From Rhizaria sp. SCN 62-66 (Eukaryota), in assembly GCA_001724265.1 (NCBI GenBank), contig MEDY01000324.1, forward strand, positions 1 through 34,272: a stretch of 34,272 nt of DNA, written 5' to 3'. The notes beneath the pieces are model-generated. The model saw only the letters and a program-made list of their open reading frames with translations. It did no database searches and had not been told where the DNA came from. The translations under genes were made by a program, and so were the position numbers. Shown one piece after another: positions 19,115 to 30,710 of the stretch (the first letter of the stretch is position 1; each line of letters opens with the position of its first letter).

Positions 19115-20649
19115 TGTGCAGCGACGCGGAAACCGTTAGAAACAGATCGGCTGTGAACTGGGGAGCGAAGTGAAACGGTTTGCCTAAGTTGAGCAAAGGC
19201 TACAGCGCGAGGGTAGATTGCTTGGGGTGCGCTTTGTCAAGCGTCTGTGGTAATCGGAGCAATGCGATTATAAATATGGGACACAGCTTGTGTGGGCACA
19301 GATGTACTACGCGCGTGGCAGTCCACGTGAGCTCTTGTGCACGGCTCAGAAGAAAGTGAGTTGTTGAGAGTGTCGGAGTTCGTCCAGCTGCAGGGAAAAC
19401 GGCGCTGCACCAAGGAGTCTTGCTTTGATGACACAAAAGAAACCGAAGTGTGTACTACAGTAGAGATGAAATCGGCACGTCGAGGGATTGTTGTGAGGCA
19501 GTCCATTGGAACATGGTGCAGGAACATAGAATGTGGTTTGACGCGAGGGTTCGAGCCGTCGCCGCAGGTCGCTGAAAAATAGTGGTTTACGTCTGCGTAA
19601 CAAAGACTTGGAAAAGTCTAATTTTCCGAATCATTACTAAACAAATCTCCTAATGCGAATATGGGCCCATAATATTGGTGACGGAGTTTACAACGAGATA
19701 CCGCTCGTATTAGATCGGCCTTCTCAGCACCCCAAGACTGCTTGGACCGGAGTCCACCTACCGTACGTAACAAATTGGCGTGACCTAACTTGCGCCGATT
19801 AAACCAGACTTTTCAACTCGAAGTCTCGGCAAATCGTAAGTATCGACTTCGTATGTTGCAATATTTTCAGTGTAAACGTGTCATTATGTCTTAATTTACA
19901 CTTAAACGTGTCCTCTACTATTCCGTTACACGCAAACAACAGTGCACAAACTCCTACATTGCTCACATGCGTTCGAGCATCAGTAATGGTAGCCCTCGCA
20001 ACAAAGGCAGCATCGGCAATGCACAATCAACAAGGCCAGGCTCAAATTTAGGCCCACGCATAGGGTGACTATGATGACCGTTTGGAGGTAGACTCATGTA
20101 AATATCATAGCTGCGGGTAAATCAGCCTTACATCAGTTTTTCATCATGTGACTGCTATGTTAGACATTATCACATTATCAAGTGTATTACCGCTTGAAAT
20201 GTGCGCGGTTTACGCTGTACATGAGTATTCATGTAATTATACTCGGTTATTCAACGTCTACACTTCTTAGAATCATTGCATTTTGTTACGCTTGCGTCTG
20301 TTGTAACCAAGATTGTTGCATAAACGTGGGTATATCGCGATTTTTTTGAGGCCTTCAAGTCAGTTCACATAACTAACAAGAACTATTTTTTGTGACATGC
20401 TAATGTTATTTGCATTCATTTTGAACTCATGTCCCCGCATGTTATTTTTTGGTGTAGCGTCAGCGTCGGATTTCGTGTTGTGGTGGAAATTGGGGGGTGG
20501 AGGCTTCAAAATTCAAAGCCGACCTGCGTTGAAATCGTCCCCGTTGATGGTGTTAACTTCCGTCAATACGTTCCACGTTTGAATCACACGATTAACAGTG
20601 AGATATACATATAAATTATATTGCACACTCCTTATTGAGTGCATATCCG

Positions 20650-23600
20650 ATGTCCGGTGTCGCCTCCCCTCGCGCCATGTCGGACAACCCCCCTGCGTCG
20701 CCCTTCGCCGCCGACGCCGCCGCCGACGCCGCCGCGCTGCTTGCCGTCGACCCGCCGCTGGCGCCCTCGCTCTCGTGGTGGCACGCGGTGCCCTCGGTGG
20801 TGACCGGCGTGAGCCTGTGTCCCGATAGCGACCTGCTGGCGACCACTCTCCGCAACCCGCCGCCCTGCGCGGACCCCGACGCCGAGGCGCTTGTCGTGCG
20901 CAGCCTCAACGGACGCACGCTCTGTGCGCTGCCCGTCGAGCCTGTCTGCGGCCGCGACGCGCTGCGGGCCCCCGACGAGGCCGGCGACGCGGGCGTGCCG
21001 CCGCTGGCCGTGGCGTTCCGCGCCCTCGTGCCGGGCGTCGACCCAGAGCTTGCTCCTGCCGACAGCAATGGTGACGGCGAGGCTGCGTGTGATGACGTAG
21101 ACATGTACGACGCTGTGACCACAACCTCTTACGCTCCGAGCAGCAACGCAACTTCACACACGAACAACAACAACGACGACGACGACTGCGACAGCGACAA
21201 TGACGACGACGATGGCCACGACGGCGACGCTGCGAGAGCAGGTGCGACTGCGGCCGCGGCTGCTGAGGACGAGGAGGACGAGGCCGAGCCGTGCTCCGTG
21301 GCGACCGCGCAGGCGTGGTGCCCGCGGCGCCGCGTGCTGGCGCTGGGGTTGTCCACGGGAGCCGTGGCGCTCTACGCAGTGGACCAGGGCCGCCGCGTTG
21401 CGTGGATGCAGGCCCACGCCGCGGGTGCCGCCGTTGTCGCAATGCACTGGGCGCTGCTCCCTGCGGACGCGAACGCGGCGGCCAGCTGCGGGGGCGACGT
21501 TGCCACCGCCGCCACCGCCGCCGCCTCCGCCGCTGCTGGCTCTTGCGCTGAGATGAGCACCGCCGCCTTCACCGCGGCCGCGACCGCCGCCGTGGCCCAC
21601 GCCCTCAGCGGCGCTGCTCCTGCGCCCGCCGCTGTCCGCGGCGCCGCGGGCGGTGCCGGCGCCAGTCTGGGCGCCAGCCTGGGCGGGCTGTTGCCCGCGT
21701 GGCTGGAGCCCCCCAGCTCCGGCGGCGCGGCGGGCGGGCCGCCCGTGGCGCCGGTGCCCGCGCTGCCGGTCCACAGCAAGGACGCGCTGGGCTACGAGCG
21801 CGACCGGAAGCTGGTGGCGGCCAAGCCCGCGTACGGCCGCGAGGTGGCGCCCGCGCAGCGCACCGCGCTCGCCGTCACCGCGGGCTCCCCCTTCGCCGCA
21901 GTGCCCGCGCTTGGCACGCCGCTCGGGGGCGCACACCACGGTCCCTCTGCCGCCCACGGTCACTCTGCCGCGCACGGCCCCCAGTCTGCGCTGCTGGCCG
22001 CGGCGATGACGGGCCCCCGCGGCGCGGCGTGCGACGCGCGCGGGGCGCTGGCGGCTTATGTTTCCGCACCGATTGCTGAGGAGAAGGAAACGGATCAGCC
22101 GCCGCGACTTGACTTTAGAGGCGCGGGCATGGGGCAGCTAGACATGCTTGCGTACCCGTTTAACCCCACTCTACAAAAGCAGCAGCAGCAACAACAACTC
22201 CAGCAGCAGCTGCAACAGCAACAGGATGACAACAGCTCCAGCTCCAGCTCGAGCGCCAGTGCTGGGGCCGCCACTGCGAGCGCTGTGAGCGTGCTGGTGA
22301 CCGCGGACGCGCGCGGGCGCATTAAGGTTTGGGGCTACGGCTGGTATCTGCTGGCCAGCTTCCGGCTGCCGCGCGGCGTGCTGGCGGGCCGCTGGGGCGT
22401 GCGCCACAGCGCGAACAGCAAAAGTACGTGTGCCGACACGTCACGGAAATCAAAATTTGAGGAAACGGCTTGCACGTTATTTCATAACTTTTTGTATTAA
22501 TGTACAATTTTACTTATATGGATGCATATCCTATTGCTACATCCCCTTTTTTGTTCCTTTTTCGTCCTCGCACCGCAGAATCCCCTGTGTGGTCGAGTGT
22601 GCAATCGCTGTCTCTCTCGCTGTCGCCCTGCGCGCAGTCGCTGACCGTGGCCGCCCTCGTCGCCCGCTCACGGTCGCGCGCACAGCTCCGCAACGCCCGC
22701 GGACCCTCTCCCACCCACGGTCACGCTGCCCACGGTCACTCGTCCCTTGGTCGCTCGTCCGACGGCCTGCGGACCGACTCGGTATGTCTGACATACTCGC
22801 TCGCGCCGCTGCCGCGCGCCGCCGCCGTGGCCGCGTGGAGCCGCCACGCCGCAGAGGCCGAGGCCGCGCTGGGCGTCGCGGCCGCCGCTCTCGCCGCCGC
22901 CAGGGAGCTCTTCAGCGTCGCCGTACGTAACATTGCTTAATTGACTAGATATATTGACGAATAGTGGTGCTGTTTCTTTCTATTAATACGTCGTGTTGAG
23001 CGCGCGTGTTTATCACAACATACGTGTGGTCGCTTGCTTATACCTGGATTTATGTTGCACTATCTGCTTATGATTTGTTTTCTTAGCACAACTCCGTGGC
23101 GGGCAAGCTGCTCACGGTCCTCGCCGACGAACTGGGCAACTTCGCCACCGCGGCAGAGCGCGCGCGCGGCGACAGGCGTCGGCTGTTGCTGCCGTTGTCC
23201 GCGGCTGCGGCCGCCACTGCCGCTGCCGCCTCAGCCTCCGGTGCAGTCGGCGCGAGCACCAGTGCCGGTGCTGGCGCTGGCGCCGCTATCATGAACGATG
23301 ACGACGATGACAACGAGTTCAGCTTCCTCCGCAGCAACAACGACGAGAACGCTGTGAAGGATGGCGACGACATGTTTGGCCTCGGCGGCGGCATCGGTGA
23401 CAACGGCAACGACGGCGGCAACGCGAACGGCAATTCTGCGGCGGCCGTCGTCGCCACCGACGCCGCCGGTACGACCGTGAGCGCGGTCGCCACTGCCCGC
23501 GCGCGCGCTGTGGCCGACGCCGCGAGTCTCACCAGCGCCCTCGCAAGCAGCGATAGCGCGAATGCAATCGTGAACGAGAATGCGAGTGTAAACACGGTGA

Positions 23601-25891
23601 CTGCGCCGGCGCCGGTGCTGTGGGCCCAGGCTGAGGCCGCTGCGGAGGCGGCGGCGGGCGGCGACGAGGACGCGGCGTGGGTGCAGCGCGAGCTCATGCA
23701 CGCCGTGCTGGGTGGCATCACTGCGGAGTACGTCTTGTTTCACTATTTTGCACAACGAAACAAAATGAAATGCAACCCTCAGTTTGTTTGATAACACAAG
23801 AGCTGTTTTATGTTAATTTTAATTGATATACCAATGTGGAGTAATGTAATTCTTTGCGACTTAGATATCTCACATGTCCCTTATTTTGATCCGCTGCTTT
23901 TGCTCTCGCACTTTAGGGAGCCGTTGCAAAAGGTGCTTGCTGATGCGCAAAACGGCATTTTCGAGCCGAGTCGACTGTCGATGACGGTGCTCGCCGCGCT
24001 CGAGCACTGGCGCTCAGGGTACGCTCTTACACACTGCTACACGCTATGCTAAGATTGCTTTAACTTTATTTTGGTTTCTAACTCTGTGGCTTGCTGTGTC
24101 AACTTCGTCTCATACTTATGTTGCTTTCTTACCTGTTGTCGCAGCTGCGCCATCCTGCTTGAGACCTTGATCCCGGCGCTCTCGTCCCTGCACCACACCG
24201 CGGCCGCCCTCGCCGCGCTGGCCGCCGCCGAGCCCCTAACCTTCGCCGCGCCTCTCGGCCTGCTCCCGGGCCTCAGCAGCGCCGCCGCCGCGCCCCAACA
24301 GCACGCCGTCGCCAGCGACAGTCCCACAGCGGCCGGCACGGTGACCGTGAGCGCGTCGGTCTCTGACTTGGCGGCGGACCCCGCGCTGGCGCCCTCGCTC
24401 GCCGCCGCCACGGCCGCCGCCGCGGGCCCCAACAGCAACAACAACGTAGGCAGCGGCAACAGCGGCGGGAGCTACTGCTGCAAGGCGCTGGTCGATCTCT
24501 CCACGGCCGCGGCCGCCGCGGTCGCCAGCGCGCACGCGGCGCTGGCCGCGGCGGAGCAGGGCTACGGCGACCTGCGCGGCTTCTCGCTCTGGCTCGTCGG
24601 CTCACTGGGCGGGACGCTGGAGCAGCTGCTTGGCATCGTCGACGGCGCGGGCGAGCAGCGTACGTGCATCATTTCGCCATGTAACAACTGTATCGTGCTC
24701 ATTTTGATATAATTTTATTTGGTATCGTGTAGGTTTAACTCTTTGTTGTTTCAATAATAATTTGTTCTTCTGACATCTTCGATCTTGATTTTCCCTTTTC
24801 TTGTGTCCTGTATTTACTACGCCACAGTGAGCATCGAGGACCTGAGCGCGAGCGCGCTGGCCTTCCTGCGCTTCGACCTCGTGCCCAAGACGCACCGCCT
24901 GTTCCCGCTGCTGCAGCAGCCGCTGCCCACGGTTGCCGGCGGCGCCCAGCGCGCGCAGGCCGCGCTGCGCAGGCTCGACACACTCAAGAGTACGCGAATC
25001 AATGAACACATGCATTTTTTACGTGATATGCAGCTCTTTTGATATATATCCTGTAAAGTTGTATATGTATTGTTTATAGTGCTATGATAGCGAACTGTTG
25101 CATTATTGTACTTGAATCCAGATGCTCTTGTTTCCGACGGCACTAACGCAATGTTGCGCTTTCCTTGTCTCCCATCACCGCACGCACCCCTTTGCGCAGT
25201 CTCCCCGGGCCACCTGCCCCCCGGCGGCGTGGCTGAGTGGCTATTGCACTGCGACGCGCTCACGCGCACGCTCGTCGAGACGCCCGCGGCCGCCGCCGCC
25301 GCGCGCATGCGGGTCGCCTCCGCCGCCGCTGTTGCCCTCGTCCCCAAACCCAGTCGCGTCCAACAGCATCAGCAGTCTGCGGTGTGGGGCTTCCCCGGGG
25401 CCGCAGATGCTGTCGCCGCGATTGCCGCTGCATCCAACGGCGTCTCCTCGGAGATCGGTGCAAGCGACACAGTCGCAGTCGCCGGGTTTCTGTCGGACCA
25501 GCCGCTGCCCGCGACCGCGCTGCGCTGGCGCCACCGCCTCTGCCACTGCCCCCGCCCCCGCCATAGTGCGGACCGCCCGTGCGGTTGCGTGGTCGCGGCG
25601 CCGGCGGTGCTGCTGCAGCCGAGCGCGCAGCTGGCGCCGCGCGCGCTGTGGCTCACCGAAGCCGATGCCGCGGAGCACGGCGTGTTCGCGCTCATGCTCG
25701 CGCACGCCAACGCAAACGCCCGGGCCGCCGAGGCCGCGGGCACTGAGGCGGAGGCGGAGGCGGAGGCTGAGGACCCGGAGGCGTCAGTTATTGTGGCGGC
25801 GCTTGCGGCGGCGGACGCGCTTCTGAACGGCGACTGCGACAACGGCGAAAACGGCAACTCAAGCTCTGCTGCGTCCGCTGCAGTTGATGCC

Positions 25892-25922
<31 letters not shown>

Positions 25923-26854
25923 CTATTGCGCCAGCGCCGGTGTACTCGCTGCGGCGCCCTCAGCTCATTGTGGCTGCCACCGGCCCCAGCCTGCTCACGG
26001 TCACCGCCGTTGCCGACCTCGTGCCCACGGTCACCCACACCGGGCCCACAGTTACTGCGCCCACGGTCACCACGGTCACTGCGAGCGCGGTGATCGACCT
26101 TGCGGCGACGGCGACGCTGGCCGAGGACGCGGCGGCGTGGTATCGCTGCTGCGCGCTCGCGGCCGACTGGCACGACGCGCACCGGCTCGCCGTGCTCGTC
26201 GCCTGGCTCCCCGTAAGCGCCAACGACCACAGCCTGAGCCAGAGCCAGTGCCAGAGCCAGAGCCATAGTCAGGCTGCGGCGGCGGCGGCGGCGGCGCAGC
26301 GCGGGGGCGCGGCGGCGGCGGCGCGGCGGGACCTGGTCGTGCTGCAGGTGACCGCGATCGGGGCGGAGCACTGGCAACTGGCCACGGCCGCTGGCCCGGC
26401 CGCCGCGGGGCTCCGGGTCGCCGGGCTGCGGCCGCCGCGCAGCGCGAGCAGTCGCGACGACAGCGATGACGGCGATGCTGGGAACCAGTGTGACGGGGCG
26501 AAGCTGCGTGCCGGCCGTGGCGCGGTTGCCACCGTGCGTCCTGCCATGACTGCCGCCGCCGCCGCCGACGGCAGCGAAGACGAGGAAAGCGCTGCTCTGT
26601 CGCGCGCGACCGTCGCGGCGGTGGACGGGGGCGCGCTGATGGTGGCGGCCGCGGCGGTCAGCGGGGCCAGTCTGCTGGCGCTGCGACCCGAGCGGCAGCT
26701 TGCCTGCGTGTGGCACGGCAACCCCGCCGCAGGGCTCGCCGTGCGCAGGGCCGCCAGCGCTGGCGCGGACACTGACACTGAGCAGCAGCAGCACCAGCAG
26801 GAGAGTGGTGGAGCTGATGTGACAGGACTTAAGGTCTTCACGACGGCGCTGTGA
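20650..26854 (+). CDS. ANAPC4: Anaphase-promoting complex subunit 4 (APC4)-like; 7 exons: 20650-22423, 22579-22922, 23087-23727, 23917-24018, 24145-24659, 24828-24989, 25200-26854; ~1730 aa
   Basis: CPDSDLLAT..LVVRSLN, AWCPRRRVLALGLSTGAVALY..VVAMHW (ANAPC4_WD40-like), SVLVTADARGRIKVWGYGWY, LSLSLSPCAQSLTV and VQRELMHAVLGG follow APC4 motif order. All six GTACGY...AG introns keep the frame (exon sum 5193 nt). The start could be ATG 20677. Confidence 0.8.
25892..25920. repeat. (GCT)n microsatellite encoding poly-Ala within APC4 exon 7
   Basis: About 9-10 perfect GCT units read directly. Confidence 0.85.
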
Positions 26855-27527
26855 AGAGACTTCTTTGTAGAATGATATCCAAAAGTATTATTCCATGCTA
26901 TTATCATATTATATTAACCAAGAATGATACAGTTACTTTAGTGATTCAAGTTCTTGATATCGAGCTCTTGTAAAGCATGACTTGAACGAGTTATAGTAGA
27001 CCCAGAAGATGAATGATGTACAATTGAACCGTAAATTTACATGATGTTGATGCGCGTATATATGTATATTAAGTTATTTTTGACTTTTTTGGAATCCAAT
27101 GAATCATATTGAGAACGACGAAGAAATCTGCCAGTTACAGTATTGGAAGGACTGGCGGGGACCGAAAAAACATGGAATGCTTCAAGCAAAGTTGTTGGAC
27201 GCGCCATGAAATTGAAACGAGGCGTAAACAGACACCGAAGGCCGAGGGGTGTTTAATTTATTGTGATATATGGAACTTATGCGTCTGAATCTGTAACATA
27301 TTTAATTGGCGCGCTTATCTGAGCCGACATAGGCCTTGGGCGCGCATGCGAAGAACCCCGTCTAGCACGCTCTCCCTGGTCCACAAATCTCCGCTCACCG
27401 CGCCGTTTTCGTCCCCGTCTTTGTCCATCTAGCTACCAAGCCCTCCCCCCTCAGCACCTCCCGGTTTCACCTAGTGTCTCCAGCGCCGCCCGCTCCGACC
27501 CGCGCCGCGTCTCCTCCCACACAGAGC

Positions 27528-29547
27528 ATGTGGCACCACGGCAACGCGATGTCGCAACAGCAACAGCAGCAACAGCAACAGCAGGGACTGCAGAACCGTC
27601 CCGCGGGCGCCCCCAACGGCATGCCCCTGATGCAGAACCTCATGTCGCACTCGGTCTCCGGCGGCGGCGCGGGCGTGCCCCCGCCAGGCGCCGCGGGGCC
27701 CGCCGGGCTGCGGCCGGGTATGGCACATCCCCTGCTCCCGCAGCAGCTGCAGCAGCAGCAGCAGCTCCAGGCCCAGGCGCAGCAGCTCCAGCAGCAGCAG
27801 CAGATGGCTGCGCAGATGCAGTCGCAGTCGCAACAGGCCCAGGCGCAGGCGCAGGCGCAGATGCAGGCGCAGATGCGCATGCAGGCCGGCATGGCGGGCC
27901 TCAACATCAACGGGCTCAACGGGCTCAACGTCAACGGCTTGAACGTCGGCGTCGGCGGCATGGGCGTGCTGCACGGCGCCGCGGGCGGTCACCCCGGTCA
28001 GCTGCAGCTCGGCCTGCACCAGCAGCACATGCAGCAGCAGCAGCAACACCTCCAGCAGCAGCAACAGCAGCAGCAGCAGCAGCAGCAGCATCAGCATGAG
28101 GCGGCGGCGGCGGCGTCCCTCGGCATGTACGGTGGCGGCGGCGGCCACGGCGGCGGCGACCACGGCGACGGGCACTACGGCGGCCACGGGCGACACGGTG
28201 TCGACGGCGCCGCGCAGCAGGGCCAGGACCAGCAGCAGCAGCAACAACAACAGCTTCAGTTGCAGCAGCTGCAGCAGCAGCACCAGCACCACGCTGCGTA
28301 CGCCTCCGCGCAGCAGCAGCTGCAGCACCAGCAGCAGCAGTACCAGCAGCAGCAGCAGCATCAGCATCAGCAACACCTCCAGCAGCAGCAACAACAACAA
28401 CAGCAGCAGCAACAGCAGCAGCAGCTCCACAACGTACACGGCCACGGCGGCCACCCGCAGCAGCAGCAGCACCCCCAGCAGCAGCAGCAGGCGCAACCCC
28501 AGCAACAACCGCCGCAGCAGCAGCAGCAGCAGCAGCAGCAGGGCCAGTCCGGCGGCTTAACTTCGGAGCCGGTGGCGCCGATCACCGACACGGGCTACCG
28601 CAGCGAGTACGGGCTACTGGGTATGATGCCCTCGGTCGGCAAGCAGTCGCTGGACGTCATGTTCCTCTCGGTGGGCGTTGAGCTCACCGCGCTGGGGCTG
28701 CTGATGCACCCCAACGAGCTTATTCACCCGACCGTGGACCGGCTCGTCAGCGACGCGCCCTCGCGCCCGGACCCGCTCGCAGCCGTCCCCGTCTGCTATT
28801 ACGCCGCGCCCGCGCCCGCCGCACCTCCCGCCGTCTCCGCCTCGTCCGCCGCCACCGCCACAGCGAGCGCGAGTGCAAGTGCGACCGTGAGCAGCGGCGA
28901 GAGCGAGAGCCTGTCGCACCTGTCAACGCCCACAGTCATGTACGCCTTCTACTCCTCGCCCCGCACCAAGCGCCAGTACGTCACAGAAAACTTCACGCAA
29001 ACATGCACATATTATGTGTCGAATCAACCTGATATATCTATCACTTGTCGGCCTCATCTGAAATGTTGTGTCAAATCGTTCTCTAATGCTACCGTCACAT
29101 TGTTCATCATTCATTGTTCGATGCTCATTTCATATCTGTCTCGTTCTCGCTCTTGTGCTCGCTTCTTTCTCTCGCCTCCCTAGACTGGCTGCGGTGTCGA
29201 CGCTGTACGCGCGCGGCTGGGTGTGGAATAAGACGCGCCAGCTGTGGTATCTGCGCACCCCCGCGCTCTCCAACACCGGGCTCGCGGGCACTGGCAACAC
29301 CAACGCCGCCACTGGCTCCACCGCGGGCGCCCCGAGTGCAACGGGCGCGGCCGCGGTGGCGGCGGCGCTGGGGGACCGCGCGGAGACGCACGTGCTGAGC
29401 TGGGACCTTAACACGTGGCAGCAGGTCGCCGTGCCGCGCGCGCAGGTAGCCGCCGACGCCGACGCCGCGACCAAGGAGGAGCTCATGGCCGAGGAGCCAG
29501 AGCCCGCGGCCGCGACGGTCTTGACTGTGGCGGCCGACGGCAACTAA
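27528..29547 (+). CDS. CNOT2: CCR4-NOT complex subunit NOT2 (CNOT2) with polyQ-rich N-terminus; exons 27528-28975 and 29184-29547, ~603 aa
   Basis: YGLLGMM..., LSVGVELTALGL, VPVCY, TVMYAFYSSPRTKRQ|LAAVSTLYARGWVWNKTRQLWY, WDLNTWQ match the NOT2 anchor region and NOT box. Phase-2 GTACGT...TAG intron. Confidence 0.9.
28020..28541 (+). repeat. Interrupted (CAG/CAA)n trinucleotide arrays encoding poly-Gln/His tracts of NOT2
   Basis: Multiple runs of 8-17 Gln codons. The block CAGCAACACCTCCAGCAGCAGCAACA occurs twice. Confidence 0.9.
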
Positions 29548-30029
29548 ACGTTGAGCTCAAGATCAACAAATACAGGCGAAGAAGCAAGACATATTGAGAT
29601 GACTTTTAGGAAAAGACAAACACTGGAGAGGGATCCATGGTCTTTGTGTCCTTACCAGTGTCATCATCCTCGAGACTCACGTTGTTCGCTTCTTTCCTTG
29701 TTTGGGCTTACCAATTGCTGGGTTATTAGTTGTCTATTACTTGTATGTTATTATTTTTTTGATTATTTGTTCTGGTACCGTGTTTTCAAAAACAATACAT
29801 GTCAAACGCAAAATATTGCTTTTTCACATCCTCAAAACCTTCCATGCTTACGCAAGCATAAGACCTTGACTTAGTCACATGTTGGGTTTGCGTGTAAAAC
29901 AATCTCGTTTATTATGACAATTTTAGGTTTATTTTCTTAATTTTCAAAGTATACTCATGACGCTTGCATTAAAACGTGTGTAACATCTGACTAATGACGA
30001 CACGAGTAGGGCGCAACATCGTTATTTGA

Positions 30030-30710
30030 TTACTGCGCCGCGGCGGCGGCGGCCTCCTGCAGCGCGGCGATGGCGCCGGCGCGGCCAGTGCGCGCGGCCC
30101 ACGCGGCGGCGGTCTCGCCCTTCTCGGTCGTCGCCGCGGCGTCGGCGCCAGCGGCCAGCAGCGCGCGCACGCCGCCCTCGTTGCCAGCCAGCGCGGCCAG
30201 CATCAGCGGCGTCCAGCCCTGCCCGTTCTTGGCGTTGACGAACGCCTTGACGGCGGCCGCGTCGCCGCCCTTGCTGGCCCGGTACGCGGCGACCACGGCG
30301 TCGATGCCCGCGGCCTCCCCGCGCGCGGCGGCCGCGGTGAGTGCGTTGGCGCCATCGTTCGCGCGCGCGACGGCCATGTCCGCGCCCAGCGCGGCGAGCG
30401 CGGCGACAGCGGCGGGTTGCCCGCATGCCGCGGCGGCCATCGCGGGCGTCAGCACGTCGCGCGTGCGCTCGGGCGCCACGGGGTCGCAGCCCGAGAGCGC
30501 GTTGACCTCGGCGCCCGCAGCAATGAGCGCCTTAATCACGGCCTCGTGGCCGCGGGCCGCGGCGGCGGCAAGCGGCAGCAGCCCCAGCGTGGTGGGCGCG
30601 GGGGATGAGCGCGTGTTGGCCAGCGCGGCGGCGCCGGCGCCCGCGGCGTTGAGCAGCAGCGTAACCGACTCGAGGTCGCCGTGCGCGGCCGCGCGAGTCA
30701 GCATGTCAGC
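30030..30710 (-). CDS. Ankyrin-repeat domain exon (~6 repeats), probably the last exon of the iPGM gene
   Basis: LTRAAAHGDLESVTLLL, PLAAAAARGHEAVIKALIAAGAEVN, TPAMAAAACGQ..LGAD, GANALTAAAARG, GWTPLMLAALAGNEGGVRALLAAGAD, GETAAAWAARTG. Confidence 0.9.
   Translation of the reverse strand, partial: ADMLTRAAAHGDLESVTLLLNAAGAGAAALANTRSSPAPTTLGLLPLAAAAARGHEAVIKALIAAGAEVNALSGCDPVAPERTRDVLTPAMAAAACGQPAAVAALAALGADMAVARANDGANALTAAAARGEAAGIDAVVAAYRASKGGDAAAVKAFVNAKNGQGWTPLMLAALAGNEGGVRALLAAGADAAATTEKGETAAAWAARTGRAGAIAALQEAAAAAAQ

Noticed and set aside
19540-19570. GGGTTCGAGCC resembling a tRNA T-loop / B-box
   Set aside because: No proper 5-bp T-stem, acceptor stem or D-arm could be folded around it.
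9473-29547. Functional cluster of cell-cycle/ubiquitin genes (CSN2-like, epsilon-tubulin, APC4, NOT2)
   Set aside because: Mixed orientations and unrelated interspersed genes; no shared regulatory motif seen; consistent with chance adjacency in a compact genome.
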